Position numbers and translations under genes: made by a program
Shown: positions 12,001-21,482 of the stretch, piece after piece
How positions within the stretch are numbered: the first letter of the stretch is position 1
How the letters are laid out: the number at the start of each line of letters is the position of its first letter
The notes under the pieces: model-generated
Databases searched by the model: none
The model's input: only the letters and a program-made list of their open reading frames with translations
What the model was told of the DNA's origin: nothing
DNA from: Raillietiella orientalis
Taxonomy: Eukaryota
Reading direction: 5' to 3'
Assembly: GCA_036172245.1 (NCBI GenBank)
Contig: JAYWIR010000065.1
Coordinates: 124,001 to 188,000, forward strand
Length of the DNA: 64,000 nucleotides

Positions 12001-15000
12001 AAAAAGAAGGCTCTTGGGCACAGGAAAGGAACGAGACAAGGCCCCAGTGCGGAAAGAAAATGCTCCTGGGATGGCCCCGGCGCGGAGAGAGACGAAGTAA
12101 GTAGTATGGTGAATGTAGTCAGGAGCGAAAGCCAGCAGAAAGCGAGAAAAAGAGAGAGAGTAGACGGAGGATCTGGAAAGGTGATGAATTCCACCTCAGA
12201 AGAAGAGGATTGCAAGTGCCAGTCTCTATGGGCTGCCCAACAGCCATGCGCGCAGAAGGACTCGGCCCCATCCTGTGCCGCAAAGCGTGTGCAAATGCTC
12301 TCTTGTGAGCCTCTGGGGCACTTCATACCGCGGGACCTTTGCTTGCATTGAATAAATGGAATTAAATAGGCATCTTAGGAATGAATTCCTTATGCATTTG
12401 AGTATATGGAACACGCAGGTTGGCAGCGAAGAAAGCGGAAAAACAGGGCAGGAATCAGTAGAAACGAAAAATAAACAAATAAATAAAACCCTTTGGTTTA
12501 GCTCCACTCTAGTCCTTGGTTCTGCGCTCTTCTCATAGATGAGAGCTGCTTGCTTCCTGAATCTCTGACATCGTTCATGCTAATTCCTTTTTTTTTTCCT
12601 TTCTTTCTTTCCTTTGGTCTTTTCTTCCCTTTCAAGCTGTGTGCACGCACGTGCGCATGCCGTGTTTGCGTGAGTGGTTTCTGCCTCCTCCCTCCGCCCT
12701 CCCCCTCAAATCAGTTATCTCGGTGGCATGGTCTCTTCGGCATACTGCACATGCTTCTGTTTCGTCGCGTCCTGATGCTCCCCTTCCTCTCTGAGAATAG
12801 TTGGCAGGGAAAGGCATCCTCTGGACCCCGTTCTTCGATCCCCCACCCATTCCGAAGTAGCTGAGTCTCCTCTTTCGTCTCTCTCTTTCTCTTCCCTCAT
12901 CGTCTCAGCTGTTCCTGCGCTCGTGATCAGTCTCTTCGCTTCTCTCGCCTCGACAAAGCACTTTCCTCTGCTGGTCCTTTGCGCTACACAATCGGGTCTT
13001 CTCAAGGCGAATGCCCAGAAGACTCGGGAAGATGCGCCCGATCTTCCCGGAAGGAACCTGGGGAGCAAAGTTAAAAAAAAATAAAAAAAAAAGGAGTGGA
13101 GGGAGGGGAGAGAAGAAAAAAAGGCAATTTTCGAGAAAAAAAGGACAGAATGTTCTTTTTCTTGTGCAGAACCACAGGTGGATTCCCTCCCGCGACTTGA
13201 GGAGGAATCCTCGAGTGCCCCAAAGGCGGCGTCAAGGTCACTCAGAATCGCCAGAGGGAGGCGGAGGTGAAAAAGTGGTCTATGGGGCGCCCGACGTGCA
13301 GAGCTGATTATCACTTAAGTCCACCTTCGAGGACCCTCGGAAGGAGAACGCTCAGCGGCTGCACCAGCAGTGGTGCCAAGCGGCGGAGGTGCTCCTGAGT
13401 TCAAGCTGCGTATCCTCGACACGCGCATGAAAACGCCGAGCATCGGCGTCTCCTCGAGGACGATCCAGGATGGCCGGCGGCAGTCCGCTTGTGAAGAAAC
13501 CGACATTCGTGGAGGGAAGCCAGTTTCGAAGAGGAGCAAACTGGGCGAACAGGGACCGAAACCGGGAGAGCCGTTTTTTTTGACAATCCGTGCTCTTCCT
13601 GCCGCTCGTCCAACTTTGTTTAGAAATGGGAAGCAGAAGGAGCTGTGAGAAGTAAGCAGGCATCCCGCACGGAAGGAAGAAGGAAGGAGGAGGGGACGAG
13701 AGACTGGGTTGGCAAGCTCGAGGAGAGGATGGGCGCGTGTCTTCTCACTAGTGCCACCTTCCGGTTCGGGTTTCGGTTGTCATTGCGGGCAAAGAACGAC
13801 ACTCAGCGCTTCGCAGCTATGTAGGCATTTTTTCCCTTTCCTGCCCCTTTCTTTGAGATCGTCGCTACTCGAACAAGGGCTGGTCCGCGGCGAGTGTCTC
13901 ACAGAATGGAGTGGGAAATGTGTCCCTTCTTGAGGGGGAAATGGGCGGCGCACCTGTGTGCGGTTCGAACCGAACACGCACCCTTCGGCGCACCACCAGG
14001 GGTTTTCGCCACTGTGGTTTAGCACCACAGTGGCGAAAACCCCTGGTGGTGCGTCTTCAACAATGCCAATTGTTAAGGCATACAAAGCATTGCCGTCTTC
14101 TGGAGAACTTGACTAGGCCGGTCTGCACCCGATCCTTCAGAGGCCCATTGTTTGTGGTCCGGAGGACAAACTGACCGGTCACAAATTTTCTCAAAAAATG
14201 GTGAAACGGTTGGTCACTCACTGAAGCGCATTGCTCAGTGATTGTCTTGGAAGCTCTCGCCATGGAAATTCTGGAACATGCTTTTGAAATCTGGGAACAT
14301 CCCACGATACAATCAGATGTGCTTCTCTAGTTGTCACGAGCAGCAAGAATTTGGATTCACTGTTCACCCCAGTTTCATATCTGAGTAGGTTAAGAAGCCT
14401 ATAAATGCTCGGTCAGCAGCATTTCAGTTAGGAGGTTCAAATTTTCTGTTTCAAGGATCTGACTTCCTCTGTTAATCTAAAGATGAGAATTTCTCCATAG
14501 AACAGAAGATAAATGTCAGATATGCTAAAGCAGAAGAGGATCTCGGACAACCAGTACGAGTGGGAGGTTCCAAAGCAGCAAACAGGAATGAAATATGGCT
14601 CAAAAGAGCTCTCGGCTTTTTCATCTCACCTCACTGTGACTGCGATCCCACTTCCCCCACTGATCCAAGAATCAGAACATTACAAAAAGCCCAAGCTAGA
14701 CGACAGTATTGAAGGCAAAGTACGTGAGGGAAAAGTCCTCTTTCAGGATGCCGTGCTGGCAAGCATGGATATAGACAAGCTGCTGCGTGGTACAGTGTTA
14801 GAAACAGATGGCAACCAGATGATGCTGGGAAACAACGTGTTGTTAAAGCAGCGTCTTCGAATACTGAAAGTTGGGGTAATGTGGGAAAATCCTTTGAAAA
14901 AAAAAAGAAATCTGAGTGGATACACAAGAGTGCAGATCAATAATTTGGAATTATAGAGGATCATTGATGGACAAAAATTTAAGATTTCGAGATGGTCTTC

Positions 15001-16912
15001 AGTTTTTCCAAAACAAGCGTTTGTTAGATAAGTAAGGAATCAAGTGCCAGCTGCTGGCTTCAAGAAAGCTGTTGACGTATTTTCTTCATCCAGACTTTAA
15101 ATCCCACATCTTGGAAATCATACCACAACTTCATACGGGCAGGACAAGAAAATGGACATGATATGAACATGTTGAAGAAGATAATGATCCCGGACCGCTT
15201 GAATCCCGCTGTTCAGTTGATAAGCAAAGCTGGTTTTCGCGAAAATTCGACGGCACATCTCTGGCATGCTTTTTTTTTTTTTTTCTTTTTTCGATCGAGG
15301 TCTTCTCCCAACTGTAACCGTACGGTTTCCATGGTGGTCTTTTTAGCATCCTCATCGTTACCACTCTTCTGGCTCGGCGGTCTCTGCTGTTGTTGCCATG
15401 TGTATCTCTTGCATCCCCTCATCCGCAAGTTTTATCCTTTCAGGACAGATCAGATTGTTGATTTTTTCCACACTTTTCAGCATCTCTTGCTAAGTGTTGT
15501 TTGCTTGCCGGACAGCCCTCTCTGGTGGGGCACGGTTCGCTCACCAAGATACGTCTTCGAAGCTGCTTACCGGGCTTACCGTCACGGTTACCGGAGAACG
15601 CGTGCGATCGGTTGCTACTCTCGCAGACTCGAAGCCATCATGCCGAGAACACGAGTTGGTGCGACCTCAAGCATCAAAACGTGTTTGCGAGCAGAGGAAA
15701 AGTGTGCATGAGTGCATGTGGGATAAGTAAATGAGGGTCCCATCCTTTCTTCGTGTAAACAGGTTTGCTTTGCGAAGTGTTTTTGTTTCTTCTTGGAAAC
15801 CGTCGCCTTGGTTCAGAGGGTTTCGAGAATGTTCTCTCCCTGATGCAGTTCATAATGAGTGCCTACTCCATAGGATGTTTTGCGTACGGCTCGGCTGCTG
15901 GAATGTGCCCAGCTGATCCGCTGCATTTCTCTCACACTTTTCGGGAAGCAGGCTCATGACGCGTCGTGCATGAGGTCTTTCCAAGAGGTAACCTCGGTCT
16001 TGGGATTCCGGTCTCTTAACTGATCTCGTGTGCTTGACAAGAACTTCAGGTTGGGAATGAAGAAGTTGGTTTTTGAAGTTGGAGCCTTTGCGGACGTTGC
16101 CTTTCGTCTGGACGACGGGATCTGCTTAGCCCACAAAGCTGTCTTGATGGTTCGCTGCGAGATGATGGCGGCCATGTTCGGAGGGAAGTTTCGAGAAAGT
16201 TTCTCATCTGTGGTTAGTGAGGCTTTCTTCCTCGTTTGCTCTCATCCAAAATCGAGAAGATTAACTTCCAAGGAGTGGAGAAATCAACTTTCCAACAGTT
16301 GCTACAATATCTCTATCTAGATAACGTATCCGCAGGATCCATCACCAGCAACCTCAAATTGCTGGAGCTGGCCAATCTTTTGTGCCTATTCCGTCTGATA
16401 GAGCTCATCGAAATGAATATCGTGGGAAATCTTGTGGCAAGATTGAAAGACGGGGAAGCCATCGGAGAAACTGTCCTAGCTCTGCTGGAGCCAGCCCAAG
16501 TAAGGAAGGACTTGAAGCAACCGCTTCGAGACATCTCTTCTTGTGCCTTTGGTTTTTGTTTCTGCCATTCTAGATGCACAACGCTTTGCAGCTGGTGAAG
16601 TGGTGCGTCACTTACATAGTCAGCAATTACGAATTCATCTGCAAGAATTTCGACAAGCCACTGAAGGCACTGAGCTTGGAGAACCAAGAGCGGCTGCGCC
16701 TGGAGCGCTGGCCTCCCGTTTGGTAAAGACAAAAAACCTGCGAAGGTGGTGGAGCTCTTGAACGTGCGCGACTACCCCGCAGGTATCTGAAAGAGTACCA
16801 GCACTACCAGACTTGCATGAGCAGCAAAGAAAAGGAAAGCGATCTTGTGAAAAGGAACCAACACAGCATCTGCTTCTGTTGCGGGGGAAGACAACGCGCT
16901 GCTCGCTTGTAA
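3009..16912 (+). CDS. RhoBTB: Rho-related BTB-domain protein (atypical Rho GTPase with tandem BTB domains); 5'-most exon not identified
   Basis: GT-AG exons 3009-3268, 3338-3532, 3588-3786, 3831-4052 give [58 protein letters not shown], Pro-rich RPFCPPRP and the BTB1 start ([20 protein letters not shown]). Exons 15874-15987, 16042-16212, 16260-16499, 16574-16722, 16783-16912 give [82 protein letters not shown] at 16910-16912. Exons at ~15480-15810 are ambiguous. Confidence 0.93.
4330..6160 (-). pseudogene. Decayed coding sequence (TE-, virus- or retrocopy-derived) in the RhoBTB intron
   Basis: Chain of protein-like minus-strand ORFs in shifting frames (5976-6158, 5427-5690, 5117-5389, 4914-5321) continuing through stops, followed by a long T tract at ~4290-4308 (poly-A on minus strand). 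Family not recognised. Confidence 0.35.
6524..7006. mobile_element. Non-autonomous pogo/Tigger-like (Tc1/mariner superfamily) MITE, ~480 bp
   Basis: Left end cattagaccccgtataacgcg versus reverse complement of right end cagtagaccctcatatagagcg; right end followed by TA (7007-7008); subterminal hairpin ~6528-6578; AT-rich non-coding interior. CAGT..ACTG termini with TA target are typical of pogo/Tigger. Confidence 0.65.
10653..10679. repeat. Perfect 13-bp palindrome, 1-nt spacer
   Basis: ctgcagcgtagct-t-agctacgctgcag. Confidence 0.95.
13989..14053. repeat. Perfect 30-bp GC-rich inverted repeat, 5-nt loop
   Basis: cgcaccaccaggggttttcgccactgtggt (13989-14018) ttagc accacagtggcgaaaacccctggtggtgcg (14024-14053); checked base by base. 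Confidence 0.98.
14513..15100 (+). pseudogene. 147-aa ORF of unknown family whose frame stays protein-like beyond in-frame stops
   Basis: ORF 14513-14956, then [46 protein letters not shown] in the same frame; intronless; lies inside the RhoBTB intron. Confidence 0.3.
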
Positions 16913-18964
16913 TTGCTGCGACAGAGGACTTCGGCGATTGTGATTGGTGATGATTTCTCAAAAGTGGTCGTTCGACCTTCTTCTCTCCTCCTGCATCCAG
17001 CCCCCTTTCCCGTTTCGTTTCTCGGTCAAAGATCAGTTGTTGTTCTTGTTTCGTTTTCGAGCCGAATCGTCAAAATCAACCACCTTTACGAGAATTGACT
17101 TCGAGAGGCAAAGATCCATTTGTCTTCCCTTCAAGGACCAGTAAAATTCTTAAGGGTTTCGTATACTTGTCCCTTTATTACCATTGTTGAGTGGATCCAA
17201 GCAGATGGTCAGAAGACGTGCTAGCTCTCCAGTGTCCCGCTGACCCAGCTGCTCAGCAGATCCTCCAGCTTAGCTTGAAAAGATGCAGAGCATGAACGTA
17301 TCTGTACTATGGTTCACAAATGCATGCAATGGGGTCTTTCGCTCCTTGTAAGGAGCAGCCCACTTTGCGTCGTCGTTGTCAGATACAAAGCAAACAAACG
17401 AGCAGTGCTCGTCGAAAAAATTATGAGCTCATAGATTCCGAGTCCAAAAAGGTGCTTCAGAAAAGCTTTCACCTTTTGCGGTTCAAAAAAGGCGTGGGAG
17501 GGGAGCATGTGTTTGTCACTGACCAGCCGAGGAAGAATTTATCTCATATTGAAAAGTCTTCGTCATACAGGCACTGACAGGAAAAAGATGCCTTGAAATT
17601 CTTGCTAAAAATGGGAGACGAGACGTAGCTCACTGGATCACCGACTCGGGAGAGACGTGCACCGAGATCAAGGAAGAGAGTAAAAACTTTCCGTCAAATT
17701 TCGAGAGGGTCTTTTTTTAAAAGAGTTCTGGGATCCAAAACCGAGCTGCACTTCATCGGCTCCTTTCGTGTTCTTGGACTCAAACACAAACGTCTGAAGT
17801 GTCAACAGTGCAACTCGTTTGATCTGTGACCTAGCTTCTGAACGAGATGTTGAGAAGACCCACTGATTCCCCTCTTTCTCGGATGGAGGTCGGATTGTCC
17901 GTTTGATCCAAAGATCATCGATCCAGATCCAGCTTTCAAGACGAGCAACGACCCAGAGACATAATCCCTGGACCTTCTTGAAAGCGGCTGTCAGGAATAG
18001 TACAGGATCACGAGAGTGAAGGACATCTAAAAAAGGCACTATGGAAAAGATTTGTGGAATTCTCTGAACCTCCTTAGAAAGGGAGCAAACCGAATCTCGA
18101 GAAAGACTTCGTTGTGAGATTCCTACAATACAGCTGCCGTTGGGAGATTGAAATAAAACATGCTTATCCACCTTCAACAGCTGTGTCTTTCAATTTGAAT
18201 TCTTTTGCACAGGAAAAGAAAACACACACAAAAAAAAAGATGAACTTACCAAGCGCCTCATCCTAGTTAATTGGGAACGATCTCTCGGAAACTCGAAAAT
18301 CTCTCATCCCGAAGAGAATACAGACATCATTCGGAGACAAGCGGAAGAGTTTACAGAAATGCTGGAAGTAATCTGATTCGAATTTATACTAGAAGGCAAA
18401 GATATAAAATAAATACATTTCATTATTCGGCCGGAGAGATCTGACTGTTTATGCTTTTTTTCCTTTGTGGTTGTGTTGCGTGTGATTCTCTTTCGCAGAT
18501 GATGGTGAGACTGATGCACTTTGATGTTGAAATCAGAATGAGAATTTATGTGCCTACTCTCCATAAAGTAACTGCCACCTTCTCAGCTATGGACTGTGTT
18601 CTCTGCTGTAAACTTTTCCCTACGCTGATACAATCTTGTTGCGTATCAGAAATCTTCTAAATCAGCCAAGGTGCCTTCTTCGGGGAGAGGCACATCCTTA
18701 CTACAAGTTTCTCCTCAATAAATCAAGCGTGAAGAGTCATTTCTGGCAGCCGATCAGTGCGCGCGAGAAAAATGAACGGATAGTTCTTCGAATACAGAGT
18801 GACCTCTCAAAAGGGAAACCACACCCTGACCAAAAGGCTGAACAAGGAATCGTGCTCTTTGTAGCGAAAAGACTGTTTCGATGTTGGAACGAAGAAGATG
18901 ACGGGGATGTTCTGAGATGCCACAGAATGTAATCAGTAATCCGTAATTAAGAATCACCGAGGCT

Positions 18965-19222
18965 TTGGAAGAGATGTCGAACTGGTACAAATACTGTTCA
19001 CCCTCTGTAGCCGACCGTTGGAAATATCCCGTCATCCAATTTTATTTGACAGCTTCCAGTGAACAGGCAGAGCACGCGCCCTTGAGAATGCTTGCAGCCT
19101 GTTTCGCAGCTTCCGACGCAGAAGAAAATATTTTGCGATTTTACGCTGTTTTCCATGAAAGGACGCGTTTTTGCTTTGTATTAGAACTTTGTCGCGAATC
19201 TCTGACACGTTCACTTTCCTAA
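18965..19222 (+). pseudogene. Protein kinase N-lobe fragment (subdomain IV-V-like)
   Basis: ENILRFYAVFHERTRFCFVLELCRESL resembles the kinase NIVxxxxxFxxxxxxxxVxELxxxxL segment; no HRD, DFG or APE motif found downstream. Confidence 0.35.
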
Positions 19223-20432
19223 TATATAAGCGAACGTTGAGAAAACGTTCACGTCACTTGGATGTAGAAATGTTCCAGTGTAATAGGCTAAGGCCAGTCT
19301 TCAAACAGAAACCTCAACTTTCGTCAGTTTTTTTTCCCCCCCTTGATTAATTTGCCTGTTTCTGTGAAACCAGTTGCAGCAAACCTCAAAACTGCAATCT
19401 GTTATGCCTATGCACGAAGTCTGCGTTGTAGAGGAATGCATCTACCTTCTCCGGAGGCCTGTGAATCCTCTCTTTCGAGTCGCATGCCGCTGCAAGATGC
19501 ATGGAATGAGCTCCAATGAGAATTGCTGAAGCTTATCTAACAAGCAAAGTGACTGGCAAACCACTCCGAGTTGGAGCTGGTAGAGCGTCCTTCATCTTGG
19601 ACAGTGAAATCATCGGTTCACTTTTTTGCTGTGGAATCTCCGCTGTGTACGTCGGAGGAGCCAACTTCACGCCGAATACATTATCGCCAAAGTCTTTTTC
19701 TGGCTTGTCTTACACCTACACAAAGATCTCAAATTTGATACTGTCACAATCCTGCGATTCGACTGTGAAAGGTGCAACGACAAGTGGAAACGGAATTGAA
19801 AAAAAGCAGTGCGCCTTCGAAGATCTCTTGAGCAACTGTGACCATGCTGCTGAAGTCCAAATACTGACGCTGAACTGATTCAAACTGTGCAGCCACCCTA
19901 AATTCTCCCTGTTAGGTTACTTCACAACTAGTTCATAAAATAGCTTCTCTTCAAAAATCGGCATCCTCATTCTCCAGGCCGGGACGTTCGAGAGTTACCT
20001 CGAAGCAAATTTTGACTGTAGACGGCAGCGCTCTACGGTCGAGTTCAATGCCAATCTAGTTCATTACTCCTTGCTTGTGCTTCCCTGAAGGGCCGCGACG
20101 TCTCGTTGCAGACAGATGAAATCGGATACTCTCGGCATCCAAGACGTCTGCACACAGGGAACGGAATTTTCCGGGATGGATGGCACGCACAACTGGACCG
20201 GATTTGCCGATCCGGTTTCGTGAAACGCGAACGATACATAAAACATACTAAACAAACCTGGCCCTATTGGTGAGCACGGTGGGAAAAAGCTCAGCCTTTT
20301 CCATTGCTTCATTTCGAACTGATTTCCCTGGGAAACTCGAATTTTCGTGAGGCCACGCTCCAGAGTTCAGTGAATACGCTGGAAACGAAGCATTAATGGG
20401 ATGCAATACCTAAGAGCGACTAGCAGTAAATT

Positions 20433-20500
20433 TTCGGGATGTAAGTAAACTGTATTGACTTTTTTACCACAGGACTAATACAGTTTACTTACACACCGAA
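20433..20500. repeat. Hairpin with perfect 17-bp core stem, pre-miRNA-sized
   Basis: tgtaagtaaactgtatt (20440-20456) pairs with aatacagtttacttaca (20477-20493); outer ttcgg/ccgaa pairing. Confidence 0.85.
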
Positions 20501-21482
20501 CTCTTTAGGGAAATCTTTATCGAGTATGGTGGAACTTAAAGCTCATACAAGTATCCAGAAAGAGCAGCAGCAGCAGTAGCATTTTGGATACGTCACCGGA
20601 TTAGAGAACAGCTGGCACTAAGAGAAAAATTGATGCTTGGATAGGAAATGCTTTACAGATGCATGGCACTGGGCGTATAAAAGGCTCGCAATACAAATAT
20701 ATGCTCATCCGAAGCTACAAATGTGCAGAAGAGTGATTCTGTAACACTGCCAATTATACAGAGTGTTCTTGGCGCTGTTTCTACATATCCAACTTTATCG
20801 TTTCATTCTCTGCAAAAATCCGGTTACTAACATTAGATCGGATGCGAATGCACATTCTATTACACAGGTTTCCCTTTGACCACGTTCCAGTTCGGCAATT
20901 CGTTCAAAAGGGTCGTCCTAATGTATGGCTGAACTCTGATTTTTGATGTGGAATAAAAAAAAGGGGGGGGGGCTAATTTTACATTAAAAAAGTCAAAAAT
21001 CAATTTTTGGGTTTATCAGAAGCAAGCATTGGAAGAAAACAAAGCTATTAATGTTTCTACGTTTGAAAACTATGCAATATGGATTCTTGAAAAATTCCAA
21101 ACTCCAAGAGACAATCGTCTTGAGAACACCCATTACACATGAAAAAACGCTTACGGGCAAATAAAGCTGCGAGAATTAATATACTACAGTACCAACGAAG
21201 AAGAATGCTGCATTAAGAAAATTCACAAAGATATCTTGGGTTAAAATTCATCTATTGCTGGTTTGAAAACACTTTACTAGTTCCTGTGTATGCATTATAA
21301 AACAATCCGGCAAATTCTTATTCTTAAAATGAATGCCACCATGCAAAACTAAAATCATGTAATAAGAAATCTTCAATTTACATGAACATACAGAATAAAA
21401 ATAACTGTAATCCAAATGCACATATTAAATACAGCATCTGAAACAGCATATTAACATCTTTTCGAATAATATCCTTTTTCAA

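Noticed and set aside
18636..18932. HPYYKFLL resembling the end of a SURP/SWAP domain
   Set aside because: Rest of the domain is absent; the match is too short
20477..20498. Assignment of the hairpin arm to miR-8/miR-200
   Set aside because: Seed differs at position 7 and the remainder does not match
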